DNA from: Botryllus schlosseri
Taxonomy: Eukaryota
Assembly: GCA_051294905.1 (NCBI GenBank)
Contig: CM119371.1
Span: 9,240,001-9,304,000, forward strand
Direction of reading: 5' to 3'
Length of the DNA stretch: 64,000 nucleotides
Shown here: positions 26,501 through 39,734 of the stretch, piece by piece
Layout of the letters: each line of letters opens with the position of its first letter
Numbering within the stretch: the first letter of the stretch is position 1
Notes under the pieces: generated by a model
Databases searched by the model: none
What the model was told of the DNA's origin: nothing
What the model saw: the letters and a program-made list of their open reading frames with translations, nothing else
Position numbers and translations under genes: made by a program

Positions 26501-28505
26501 AAATCTAAGTCATCCTGAATCGCAATAAGCAAACTTTCTCAAATATTTTGTAATCACTTGGTCAATTCAAAGTCCACATTGGCGGCCACTCCCAGTTGAT
26601 TATGTGTCGACGGTCGAATAGGAAATGGTAAATGCTCCCTGGCACCAATGCAATTCTGTACACTGCACTATTTATAGGCAACTATGCTCAACACATGTTA
26701 AATCCATCCTGTGCTACTGCAAAAGGAACCAATACGCTAAATCCGTCGTTCCTAACCTTTTTTGACTCATCGACCCCCCCCCCACCCCATTAAGCTCGGC
26801 ACAAATTTTCGCCCCACACATATACGGATCCAAAAAACGGGACATATCAACGGGGAATTTATTCACTAAACTTGGATCGCTGGTGGATTGACTAAAAACG
26901 AAAGCTCAGTTTTCCAAGTATAGGTGCTCGGAAAGCCGGTTTCCGCGTGTATAGAGTTGGCCCTTTTTCGGTCAACTTTTGCATCATATGCAGAATAAGC
27001 CGTCTTCACGCGCATTTTTGGCCGTGGTAATTAAATACATCTCACGGGACGCCCTAACATTGTCGCCCCCCAATCGCCCCCGTTGGTATTTTAGCCCCCT
27101 TCTTTCTCAAATCACCCACTGAGAGGGAGGCGATATTGCCCACGTTGTGAATCACTGCGTTTAATGATGAGAAGCATCTGCTTATGACATCACAAGGAGA
27201 ATGTAATTTACAAGTTCCGTACAGGTGATATGAACAACACGTTCTGAAGCTTTCTTCAACTTAACTATTTATTGTGATAGCTAGTCATCAGTCCATTTTA
27301 ATCCGGATCTGGTACACCCAAGTACACCCCATCGGAGTGGTACACCCTTTTAAACTCATGGTATAGGGGTGTACAGTACACCTGGTTAAAGAGCCTTGGT
27401 CTATATAGGCGATGGAAACAATTTTGATAAGAGTCATATAAGTCACTTGAATATAATGGGCGGTCACATATTTTTTATGTCATTTGTAACAGATAGCGTG
27501 ACAAAACTACGACAATTGCACCAAAGAAACATGCCCTCTTAAGACTTTAATTTTAATATCACTTGTGGAAAATCAGACACTGACATCGGACTGTGACAAG
27601 TACATCCATGCACTTGAATGATGCATGAAGCTATGACACACGCACTCACCGCTAGCTCTCACCTTTACATGAGTAGTTTGTGACAGCGACTTGACTGATT
27701 CCTGGTACTCTACAGGTAATTTGGTAATCGAAAACCGTTGTACGAAATCATGAGTTCCTAGTAACATTTCGAGCACGGTGCATCCCAGGCTCCTAGATAT
27801 AGAAGTCAATATCAGGTTAAACAGCATGTCATACGCTCGCTATCGATGTACAGTAGTTGCTGTTGTTATTTTCCGGTCATAGTGTCGGGCAGCTGTGATC
27901 TTAGGCCAATCTAGCGTTGATCTAGGATTCAAGGGAATAACATGAATTATATAGGGCGTATATATTTTCGGGCAGTGGAGAATGAATTAGATTGTTCTAG
28001 CATCTGCACTCACCAGACATCTGCCCGTCTACTTTTCGCATGTCCATTCCGTGCTTCGGGGCTCATCCACGCATTAGTGCCAGTGTAGTATAATTTTGTA
28101 TTGCTTGCATGCGAGCTATGAGAGACTGCATGGAATGAAAAAGAAAAGTGAAACTCGTGGGGCAGGGACAGTGGAATTGATTCGGCGAATTCCTTTAATT
28201 GCAATACCTTTTCAATTACTGATAGGTATCATTTTTCAGACCCCTATTCTGTCCATTGATGAAATAAAAAATCTTGTACACCCTACATATTCAAACTTGG
28301 ATGCGACCTGATTGAAATTTACCTCAAGTTCACCCCTCATCACACTTCAGTAGGCCTATACTTACTAGCTCCTATCAGTTATAGCAGAGGTGGGCAATTA
28401 TTTTCCCAGGTGGTCCAAAATAGAAACGAATAATACGTGGGCGGGCTGAGCCGAAACTTAAGCTGTTACCTGAAGTGTATTAATTTTATTCTTTCAAGTT
28501 GTACG

Positions 28506-29006
28506 TAGCGCTGGACAAAATCGAGTTCTTGAGTGATTCGATTCTGCTTCGAGTCGAGTCGAGTATACAAATATCACTGATTATGACGTCACCACGAAAT
28601 GTAATATGTCAAAGTTCAAATATGTACCCTTTGTGCCATCACAAAGAACATAATGCCTGGTATCTATCACATTAAATGTACCTTTGGCATCTCTTCGACC
28701 CTACCGATTTCATTGCACTTTGTTGCAATGTTGGGGAGGATCATAACTTCGGAATTGTTTTTCCAGTGACGGTCGTAGCTTTGTACTATGTTTCGTATGC
28801 TGCGATAAGCCCAATCGAGGTTTCAAGGCTATACCACAGTGGAAAATAGTATCGAGACCATAATTCTCGTTGAGAAAATAACTTTCAGTAGCGAGGTGCG
28901 TATAATTTCAGTACTCGAAAAATTCCTCTGTTGCTACTCGACTCAAATCATAAAAAATAATTAATCGATTCAGATTCGAGTACTCGAAGCATTGTGTCCA
29001 GCCCTA
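28506..29006. mobile_element. MITE, 8-bp TSD, in kinase intron
   Basis: TAGCGCTGGACA / TGTCCAGCCCTA ends; flanks GTTGTACG / GTTGTAAG. Confidence 0.7.
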
Positions 29007-30310
29007 GTTGTAAGTAGTAAATGACGGTCAAACCCGGCGACCAGCTCATCACATACTAAACATACGGGTTTGCCTCAAATTTGAGTGAACAAATATATAG
29101 TGGCCCATATCTTCTTGAAAGTACGGCCTTCATCGCGCACTTTTTTTGTCATGCTTATTCATTATTCATGACCTTATGGATGACAATGACGGCTGATAAC
29201 GTACAAGCGCACTGTGCATGTGCACTGACTTCCTCGTTGAAAGAATTGGAGATCTGAAAACCTGAGGCGTAAACGAATAAAAGCACAGAGCGTGTTACAA
29301 TAACAACACACATGGTTTTAACTACACTGACGGAAACAGTGAGTTGTGACTTTAATTGTTACGGCATACTTTACTATATTGGTTTTTATTTTGAATGTTC
29401 TTTAAATCCGAACTACCCATACATAGGTCACTTACACACGGTACATAAGTGAATACGCTTCATAGAAACATACTTTTTGAACAGTTTGTACAGCCTATGG
29501 TTTTTCACTTTTACTCATTCAAAAGTATGCCTCGTGTTCTGAATTCCAAACAACATGTCGCAGACCGCAGTTTGGCCAGATTTGAGTTATATGATAGTTA
29601 TGCACATGACTACGACAAGAAATATTTATCACAGCAATTCACCTGTTTTTTCCAAGTGCTCCTTCGCTATTCCCATATCAGCTGTAACGAAATAGCGAGA
29701 CACATGATAAGCGATTTGAGAATAAAGAGAAAAGTATTTACAATGACAATGCTTCATAAAATATCCCATATAATTATTTGACTACACTATACAGTTTGTA
29801 GTATTTCGGGAATCAAATTGTATCAAACATTTCAGATCGCCGCAAGGAAAACAAGCACAGCAACATATCAATATCCGTGTTTCTCTATCTAATTCGGATT
29901 GCACCGTCATATACTATATCTAAGACTTGATTGCTGTGACCAGAGGTGGTCCAAGTTATCACGAAAGCTACTGAACAAGAAGTAGAAGTGACGTGGAATT
30001 CTACTCAAGTACGAGTAGAAGTAGCGTTTTCCGAAGCAGCCAAAAATGACGTCAAGTAGAAGTTGAGCTGGCTGTTAATACTACTCAAGTCAGTAAGTAG
30101 TTTTCAAAAGAATCAGACATAAATACCCTATGGTGGATCGTCAAAGTTTGGTAACTAACATATCGTCGCAGTGGAATCAAAGTAGCTTATGCTCGTTTGT
30201 CAAATTGATAGAAAATCAAGTTCTTGTAAACTTCTCATCTTTGATCGGCCATATCTTGACCGTGTTGATGTTTGTCACGCTGTTTGAAAGTTATCACCAT
30301 GGGCAAAATA

Positions 30311-30867
30311 CAGGGTTGTAACCAAGTCACAAGGCTCCGAGTCACAAGTCAATCTCACTTTTATAGTTTTGACTCGAGCCAAGTCGAGTCATTTCAATTC
30401 ACCACCGAGTCAAGTTCGAGTCCAAGTCAGCGAGCAGAGGGTCGAGTCCGAGTCATGGAATTATGACTCGAGTCCGAGTCCAAGTCATTCTATAGACTGC
30501 TCAGTTTCCAGTTAAAGTATTGGTAAACCCACTTTTTATAACTCTGTTCGGTGATATCGAATGTTTCGCATTTAAAATAGACCAATTTTCCTCACTTTTA
30601 GCAGTTTCTGGTCGCATATTCAAGTACCAGTACCGACAGACGAAATCCCAATAGTGTGTTGGCTTCGGAATTACAATGAAATGTCGGTCTTGGCTTTCTG
30701 AGTCTCGAGTCAATGACTTGGTTCGAGTCATGTGCAATGACTCGAGTCCAAGTCGAGTCAATACACAGATTGACTCGAGTCGAGTCGAGTCATTTCCGTA
30801 TTTTGAAAAAATGACTCGAGTCAAGTCGAGTCATCAGAAAATCGTGACTCGAGTCATTACAACCCTG
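30311..30867. mobile_element. GACTCGAGTC-rich MITE family, copy 1
   Basis: CAGGGTTGTAA / TTACAACCCTG ends; perfect TSD GCAAAATA. Confidence 0.88.
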
Positions 30868-33800
30868 GCAAAATATGGTCGAACGAAAAGGAAAACTTTA
30901 CATAATAGTATTTTTCTCAAAATGTGTAAAACGGGCATAAGCTACTTTGTTGCTATTGTTTGTGGAATTCATGGTGTTTGTAGACTACTATGGTCATATA
31001 CACCAGACCAATATTTCTTATTTTTGCTTCCGTATCTGCCGGCTTGTAGCACGGCCCCATTTCTAGGCTTTTTGTAAGACACCGCTTACGCGGATGATAT
31101 GGCGAAGAGGAGCCTAGATAAGCCTCCAACACTTAGGTCGCAATTCTGAAGTCGACCTCGGAATCAAAAATAAGAAACACTCTCACTGGAGAAGGTTTGG
31201 CTCTTTCGTCGTTGTCCTTCCACGCTCATATTTGATAGAACGTGATTTCTGTGCCGTGACAAAGTTTCTGAATCACGACAGAAACCTACTTGCCAGTAGG
31301 CCTACATAAAGTGGACCCTGGATATTTAGACCGATATCGTTCCTATCAAAACTCAAACCCAATATGACGGGGATGGTGATAATAATACACCAGCTTCATC
31401 CGTCTCATTATCAGCCGTAATAAATGCAGAAAAACTTTCGTTTTATGATTAAGCGTGGTGAGGGGCTATCGTAAGCGATGAAACTTTATTCGTTGTCCAG
31501 GGGGCGGCAGCTCAAAAAAGTTTGAGAAACACTGTACTATATAATCATTTGTCCCTACAGCACCCTCTACTGCCACGCCATTTTTCCATGGCGCCCCCTC
31601 ACCACCCCTGATCTCAGCGCTCCCATATCGCCCCTCAGCGTTTTCGCCTCCTTCAAAATACAATTCACCACTTGGGGCCGATGGCGACCCGGTTAAGACC
31701 AGATCGTGGTACTAGTCGGCATCTACGGAATAAAAATGAAGGAAAATGACTTTGTGTAAATGACCATAGTAGCCGACAACACCATGAATGCCACAATAAC
31801 GGTGCATAGAACTGTATTCATGTTGCTTCATCCTAGAAGGAAACTATACTCAATGGCATAAGGATTCGACCACATTTTCTGATTAAAAATGATAGGTTTT
31901 CGCTATAGAACAGTGGTTGCGAATCTTTTATCTGCCGCACTGACTCCACTCAGAAAATAAATAGCCCCGTAGTACAATGTGCCACTACATTAGGTGATAC
32001 TGCGTTCCAAATATGATGTCGCCGCAGATTTAAAGGTAAAATTCGAGAAAAATTGTTGGCACCAGCCATTTCTTTCAGAAATCTTTCTCCTTATATCTGC
32101 AGCTAAAAGATAACACTATTTTACATAAAATTTGTCTATGAGTTAAAAATAGTATATCTGATATAGTGTTCCGTACATCAATGAACATGGGCCTTCATAA
32201 AGTTCAAACTTTGGTTTTGACTTTGTGAGAATAATTAGTAATATTAATGTAGTTAATTATGAAAATCATGTTATGGTGCTTATAACAACGAAGGTCTTTT
32301 GTTCGACAAGCCGATTATTTTCATCAACAACACAAGATAATTGATTAATAGCAAAGAAATATAAGATATTCACAATATTAAGCTAGTGGCGGGACAGCGC
32401 AGTGATGATGAAGTAAAAGTAGATCCAATGGAAAATTACATATACTTGGATAAGTAACCTACTGCAAGTAGAGAAAACTATATCCTCAGTTGCAGTACAA
32501 ACAATAAGGGGCTTTGACTTACCAAGTTTCGCATTTCCATCATTGTCCAGGAGAACGTTGGCGCATTTGATATCTCTGGAATTACGTTTTTTGAATGTAG
32601 GTAAGATATGCCTGCAACTATGCCCCTGGTATATCCTCGCGCTTTACGCCCAGTACACCTCTTCGTTAAGCGATTTTTCATCCAATCAGCAATAGATTCC
32701 TGTATAAGGAAAAATTCCCATATTATTGAAGATCAGGAGAATCGACGTAAGAGAGTATCACTCTTCGCGAATAGAGTTTATATTCTCGCCCAAAGAGCCG
32801 AAAAGGGTGGTACGCCAAAACTAAATATATTTCCGAATTATATCGCGGTCATAAATCCTATTCTTGCCTACGTACATACCTTCCTACGTTTCTACGTGCA
32901 GACATAATTTTGATCAAAATGTGGTACTCGTTTTATACTACGGTATGAGTCTGAGGTAGGTTTTGGTTTCATGTGCCATGCGTGTATACTGCATATTCAC
33001 ATCCTTATATCAGGGGTGGTATACGCACGGAAATACACACACTTTTCGCCTATAGAGTGTACAAATATTTCGACTGAATTCGGTTTCCATAATGAAAAAG
33101 TTGATTTCGTATGTCCATAGGTATTCTGTTATATGGCTTTGTGCAACAGTAAGCATATATACAACGAACTTTCAATACGACTGCTGTGTATTGTATTTGA
33201 ACTTGAACGACAGACTCACTATCACAGGATCACGCGATATGATAACTCATTCCATGACCAGATGCACATGAGTCTTGCTCATCACGGAACATGGTGGTAC
33301 ACAGGTAAACACAATGTCTGTTGACTTTGATCGAACAGTTGTTTGGTCAAGCTTTTGGTTCCTTAATCCAAAAATTACATCAGCTTTTCTAGGCCCCCAC
33401 CACTTTGTCTAACAACCTACAAAACGTACCAAATTTCAGATATCTGAGTTTATTGTATATAACGTTTTTAAAACTACAAGGAAACTCAATCCCATTGAAA
33501 TAAAACTTTGTACTGCTCTATTTTCCTAATAGACATAATTCCCAATCAATCCAATAATGTTGAATGTTAAACCCCGCATTTCTTCCAATTATGACATTGA
33601 CCCATTGAGAATTTACCATTTCCAGGTCGACACATATCATCCAATTCGGCATATGATATCGCAACACTTCAATGCCTCACTTAGTGCCCACATTCAACTA
33701 ACTGAGTGTGCAGTTGCATATTAACATTTTCCATACCGCTGAATTGTGGATCAGAGTTTCCAGCTCCTGCAGTAAGACCTATATGTCATGACAATTCACT

Positions 33801-34197
33801 ATACTACTGTCTTTTTGATAATACGGTAAAGACGTACCTTTATCACGATCGAGAGTGAGACACCATCAGTACTTTTTCTAGTAATTCTCTTTCATTCATA
33901 TTGTGGATGTGAAGAGACCCGAATATTTTTCAAGTCCTAAATCTAGTGAGATTTACGTGGGCTACGAAATCATGGTATATGAATAAACAGTCTTCAAAGT
34001 AAACGTATTTTCGGTTCAGTTTAGTCCACGCATTAATATTAAAGATAATATATTATGGTTGAAAATCTTGGTAGCTCTTCGCAAGCCGCCAGAATCGCGC
34101 CGCGTACCGCATTTTACCTGCGGGCCTTATAGTGTCCAGGTTAACTCGCATTCACGTAGTCAGACAGAGGTTGGTTCAGTTCCAAGTGGATGTCTAC

Positions 34198-34624
34198 CAG
34201 AGATGAGCGGATTTGAAATTTCTATGTCCTAATCCAATCCAAATCCGAACCTTCAAATCCAAATCCAAATCCTAATCCATAACTTTTTCATATTCAAGTC
34301 CATGTCCAATCCTAATCCGATTCCAACTGGAAATTCAGAAAAAATATTAATTTATGCAATGGAGGGATTCGAAAATTTTCTTTCACAACCAACGATTCAC
34401 TTGATTCAAGATAACTTAGTAACCATAAGTGCATTAATAGCTGATCTGAATAAAGTTTGTCGCCATTCGCCACACGACATTTCAATCTCCCAGAAAATAG
34501 TTCAATCCAATCCAAATCCTAATCCGTTCTGAAAAAAATGTCTAATCCAAATCCAATCCAAATCCGACAAAATTTCACAAATCCTGTTTTTTCAAAACCT
34601 AATCCTAATCCATGCTCATCTCTG
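34198..34624. mobile_element. MITE with AATCC subterminal repeats
   Basis: CAGAGATGAGC / GCTCATCTCTG ends; perfect TSD ATGTCTAC. Confidence 0.85.
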
Positions 34625-37600
34625 ATGTCTACTCGACGTACGAATGGGACTTATTGCCGCAATATTGTTATATCGCATACCAACGATTGCTCAGCATGTT
34701 TTGTTGAGATAAAGTCAGTTACTGAGTGGCTGTATCAGGTATCATGTTTTCGGTGACTCGACTCGACCGAATAACTTTTTTGTATTGACTCGACTACTAC
34801 CGTGAGGAATTGCTTAAGACTCGACGAAGTCATATGACTCGGTACATTCCATGTGAATTAATTCAAATTATATATTTTGAAACCTTTCTCGAGTGTGTCA
34901 TACTTTCTCACACCTATTCAGACATGCGATAATCAAGCCGTTTTTCAAGTTTTCGTGATGCATCCACTGCGGTACTGCGCTGAGAAACTCAAAGGAAATT
35001 CGCACACTCAGGGCCACTGTGCACTGTGCTGTTACGACGAAGCAGTGTTGTTCACAATGAATAACCTGTTTACCTTCAACGCCCTTCGTTAATGATCTTC
35101 ATGGTTTGGCGTCAGCAGATTGTAAAGCGTTGTGGGCCTATCTACTAATAATAAGAAGTAGAAATTCTACTCGGATCTCTAACCAGGCTGTCATTGCAAC
35201 CAGGGCCGCAACTATCGCACCACACCGTACCCTTGCCCTAAATAGGGGGAGAGCGAGCAGGAAGAGGCCCGAAATTATTTCGTAATTCCGCATAAATTAT
35301 GTTATTTGGTGAGAGATTTATTTAACTTGAACACTTTTTTCGCGTTTCCCCCAATTTAATACCGCTAGATGTATTGATTTTGATATAAGAGCCATATTTC
35401 CAGTAACAAAGATACGCATTATTCTTAGCAATGGGCATAACCACCCCACCACACACCAAGACCTATGAAGTTTCGGCCAACATGCGACTCCTCGAAGTGT
35501 GTTGCCAAACTTATCGGAAATGGCCGCCGCTGATGATATGACCCAGATCGGAAAGTAAGACAGTTTGAAACTTTCAACTATGTCTCGTAAGTCCTTGGCT
35601 CATGCGTCTTTGGGCCCATCAATGATTCACTTGAACAGCAAATTACAAACGTTCATAAACAGTTTTTGAGAAGGCATAGATTTCTTGTGGCTCAGAGAGA
35701 TTTTTTCATTTCGTTCCATTGTCATTCTTGTTGAAATTATAAATGATATCGAATCCCCAGCATGCGCCTGATCCTTCCTGGGATTAATAATACTGGTGAG
35801 AGTAACGGGTCTTTGTCGACTTAAAACTAACCCTGTATCTTACAAAATCCAACCTACATATTATAATGAAATAAAGACGGGCCATTTTTCTCCAGTAACA
35901 TGGCCATGAGTGACTTGTTAATGACTACTACTCCGACAATATCGTTTTTTCAGGAGCGCTTTCTATTCCAGGGTTTGGTTTCTATTCCAATTAGCATCTT
36001 GACCCCATATGTTCGTGTCCAAACGAGCTAAAAACCTTTGGTGTTCGCACCGTCCTTAGTATTCATCGGTGCAGGCGCTGATCTTTTTACAGAATAGAAG
36101 AGCACTAGAATGAATACGCAAGGTGTTCACATCATTTTTCTCTTGACAGTTTCTGGAAGTAGGCCTACGCAGCGCGTAGTTTTGGGCCTTGTGAAACGGC
36201 AAACGTAGAGAATTTGATTTCTACTAACTTTCATGAGCTCAAGATATATGAACATCCTTTGGGTTGTCAGAAAATATCCAAAGCACTTGACAATATGAGG
36301 ATGATCAAATCTCATTAAGGTTTCAACTTCACCTTTCAGGTTATTCTGTGAAATAACAGCAAATTCACTATACATGAATCAACTGGCATCAGAGCATATA
36401 TATTACCCCATCATTGACGATTTCTTTCAGAGCAAATTTAAAGCCGCTCCGGCCTTCGGCTTGAAATACTACACCGAATCCACGCTTTCCCAACTGTTCC
36501 TGCTTTTTCCATCCACCGACTGAAAGTAAAGAGAGCGATATTATTATGATTTAGGTATATTCTCGTTGAATTATTGGTGATAACCCGTATCCGGAAGAGC
36601 TCAAAATGCCGCGTTCAGTCGAAGTTACAATGACTAAGAAATCAGAGAGTCAATGACTTCGTAACGAGACATCGAAATCATCAATGAATCGACTGATGAT
36701 GAACCGTCTCTGCACGGACGGGAAAAACCATAAAGAATAAAGTCGCAACAATTCCCCGTAAGCAAGTCGCGTTTATTGCAATACGTTGGTGACGAGATAG
36801 CGTAGTGATATGATCCACATCTGCAACATCAATGGATTGTGCTACAAGTCCGCGGCTACGGAATCAAAGATAGGGAAAATCGGCCAATTGTAAATGATCA
36901 TTGTAGTCGACAAACACCATGAATACCACAAACAACTAAATCGCAATACGTATCGCGCGGTATCTCGCGGTTGAGATTGTATCCGTGTCCTGGTTGTCAA
37001 CTGAGTGCTCCCACAGATATAATGGAATTAAACCGTTACGATGATTCTAATTCTCGGATTCAACCAAAATGTGGTGTAACTGACACTAATCCGGAATGTA
37101 TCTCATTCGAAGGAGCATTGTCTAATTAAGGGATTTTAGACTTCATCAAAAACGTACGTCGAAATATTTTCTTTGGTGGCGTGAACCCCTATTGTGACTA
37201 GTCCAGGAATTCATCGGTGTATTTTATGAAACAAAAGTCATTACAGCGTCGGAATTTCCAGTACAATTGGATTGCGAGATTAGAAAAAAATTTATATCAC
37301 GGCCAACGTAGTTTTATAGTTGTAATGCCAACATTGCGACTTCACGAACTCCAGTTAAAAATAACCTGACAGATCGATTGACGTGGACTGACGTAATTCA
37401 TGTGACGTTGCTTCAGATTTGAACCACAGAAATTTGTAATGACCATCTTAGTTTGTCCAAATAAAGCATTCTGAACATTCAGTGAGTGTTTGGAACGGTC
37501 TAGAACAGAGGTTCCCAAACTTTTGCGCATTATCTTGGAGTGCAGATATAAATATGAAAATTAAATACCAATGACTAATAGAAGACTGCTAATTAACCGG

Positions 37601-37844
37601 ATGCTATCGGTGGCTGATTTCTGAAAACGTTACTTCATTTGTCGAAACAGAAAACGAAATTCGAGGAATTCGAACTCGACAGTCTGTCGAAGCGTCATTT
37701 AAAATGTTGGTGTCTGGCCATCACTATGAAAATTAGAGTGTCAGGTGTATGGACAATAGAAAAATATATTCATATTTATTCCTGAAGCTTTTCGATTTAC
37801 ACTCATCAGGGGATACCGTCAGCAATAATGCGAGCATTCAAATA

Positions 37845-38035
37845 ACTACAAAGCACAAAACCAGTCTGATACGAACGCTTGTTCACAGGGCTCTCATGAT
37901 TTGTAGTAAGTCGGAACTTGAATCTGAATTATATTTCATATGGAAAATTTTCCAGTCTAACAGATATCCAGATTACATTGTGAAGTCCACCATAGACAAA
38001 ACACTAAATGATTTCAGACCCAGCCGTTCATTCTA
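37845..38035 (+). mobile_element. Penelope-like element RT C-terminal fragment
   Basis: KHKTSLIRTLVHRALMICSKSELESEL..I..IFQSNRYP matches, from memory, the HRAxxICS...NGYP signature of PLE polyproteins. Confidence 0.75.
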
Positions 38036-38184
38036 CCAAATTAAAAGAGGAGTATAACGCTATCAAATGTGTTCTTTAAGAGCGTTACTAAAATACTCAT
38101 ATACGCCCATCTCTATTGAATTGTAAATGGAGAAATTCCCGCTGAGCCAACAAAGTGGGCATACCTAGTATCTCTATCAAACGT

Positions 38185-39065
38185 GAATCGTAAAGCTGGT
38201 ATCTTTGACGGACCTCAGATATTCGAATAAGAATGAAAGATTCGAATTTCATACTAAGAGCTCAGTGCGTGGAATTCCATCAAGGGTGTAGGAAAGCCAC
38301 GTTGTGAAAGATCACAGAGCACCCCACTACAAAACGTTGGTCAGAAAATTGGTATATGCATATGGAAAACTTGGAGCAAACATGAGCATTAAAGTTCTCG
38401 TCCTGTTTAGTCATCTTGATATCTTTCCTGGTCATCTTGACGATTAGATTGAAGAGCGATGGAAAAGGTTTTATTAAGACATCAAAACAGGAAAAGAAAA
38501 ATATCAGGGACGATGAGATGAACTTACGGCGGACTATTGCTGGAATCTTTCGAAAGACTACACTAAATTGATTACACGCGACAATCATACCATAAACAAT
38601 TTTATTTTTAGAATAATTAATAATATTATATTGCATTTTTTTTAAAATTTACACTATGTGACATAAAACTGATTGAATTATTGTAATTTTAATTGAATAT
38701 TTTGGTAAATACGTACATACATAATTGTAGTTTATTTATGTACATGATATCCGTGACAGTCTTCAACTCGAACAAATATAATACCCCTATAAATATAAGG
38801 ATGCTATTGTATTTTGTTGCAATGCAGTCGTCCGTGCATAAAAATAACAAATACATTGAATTTCTGAACTTTATTATACGACTAAGCTCTTTTTTCTTCA
38901 GCCCATATAGCGAAAATATAGGATTTTCGTAGAAAATATCCCATGGGTTATCTCCAAAACAGGATCCTATTTACAAAAAAACAAGGTCATATTCGGAATC
39001 AGTGCCCTTCAGAACCCCTAAAACCACTCTTACTTTGTTTGCATAAAAATATGAGTTGACCAGTG
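38185..39065 (+). mobile_element. Degenerate DNA transposase 3' end (Chapaev3-like) with putative right terminus
   Basis: The translation contains stops and a frameshift: KAGIFDGPQI...AWNSIK...HYKTLV...LGANMSIKV..LFSHLDIFP...RFY*DIK...YQGR...ADYCW. The region ends in TTGACCAGTG at 39065. The family assignment is from memory of the motif. Confidence 0.65.
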
Positions 39066-39347
39066 TTATATGATATCAACGAAATTGAAATAAAGAAGTC
39101 ATCGTTGTCTAATGCAAAAGCTCTATAGCAGATCGACGTGATCTATCTTGATTTGTAATGTTTATAGCATTATAAAAACAAATCCGGTCGAATTGAGTGT
39201 TGGCTACTGTACAACTTGTTTGATAGGTAATATCTGTAGCCGGTGTAGAATCCGTTTATATTTCCCAGCCCACTGACCAATATCAACAGCTTCTTTGAGG
39301 TACAGAACTTCAATATACAATTGAATAGTATATTCATATTAAAATGA

Positions 39348-39381
39348 ACCCGAATATTTTCGGCTGACACTCGTCAGGGGT
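39348..39381 (-). ncRNA. Putative minimal type-I hammerhead ribozyme, inverted copy
   Basis: Exact reverse complement of 39420-39453. Confidence 0.72.
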
Positions 39382-39419
39382 AATCGTCAGCAACTAGTCT
39401 CTACTAGTTGCTGACGATT

Positions 39420-39453
39420 ACCCCTGACGAGTGTCAGCCGAAAATATTCGGGT
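39420..39453 (+). ncRNA. Putative minimal type-I hammerhead ribozyme (Penelope-type)
   Basis: ACCC-CUGACGA-G-ugucagc-C-GAAA-AUAU-UC-GGGU: intact core, 4-bp stem I, 1-bp stem II, palindromic AAUAUU stem III. Confidence 0.72.
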
Positions 39454-39734
39454 TCATTTATGACCAATATCAATGTATCATTAATCTGACTTCTGGGGAA
39501 CACATTGTCGGGTCCAGCATCTACCGTTTAAGCGTACGCTTATCTTCCCTTGTTAGTCCTTGTCGTATTTGTTGATAATATGACGGAATATATCGATTTT
39601 ATGGAATTGTTATAGCATTTGATTGTTCCAGTTGATACATTTTGTAATGCTCAAGCCATCATTGCTGCAGCACTATGGCATAACGTGGGCCGAGCCGTCT
39701 TTGGGTATCTTGTACAATTTACATCGATATATTA

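Larger units (their letters stand above)
24783..36345 (-). pseudogene. STE11/MAP3K-like Ser/Thr kinase, 6 identifiable exons, 1-nt frameshift at HRD; pseudogene or sequence error
   Basis: Minus-strand exons: 36345-36229 (EVETLMRFDHPHIVKCFG), 32699-32523 (YLHSKNVI-[H]RDIKCANVLLDNDGNAKL), 29681-29643 (ADMGIAKE), 28125-28014 (GTNAWMSPE..ADVW), 27792-27663 (SLGCTVLEML) and 24896-24783 (DFLLQIF..RP..stop). Introns are GT-AG, and phases fit only if one base is restored near 32578. Gly-rich loop and VAIK exons were not identified. Confidence 0.82.
39287..39460. mobile_element. Penelope-like pLTR fragment with inverted duplication
   Basis: 57-bp perfect inverted arms (39342-39398 and 39403-39459, spacer CTCT), flanked by the direct repeat TGACCAATATCAA (39274-39286 and 39461-39473). 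Related copies at ~58650-58760 and 63921-64000. Confidence 0.65.

Noticed and set aside
35530..35570. CTGATGA...GAAA as another hammerhead
   Set aside because: Stems I-III cannot be formed.
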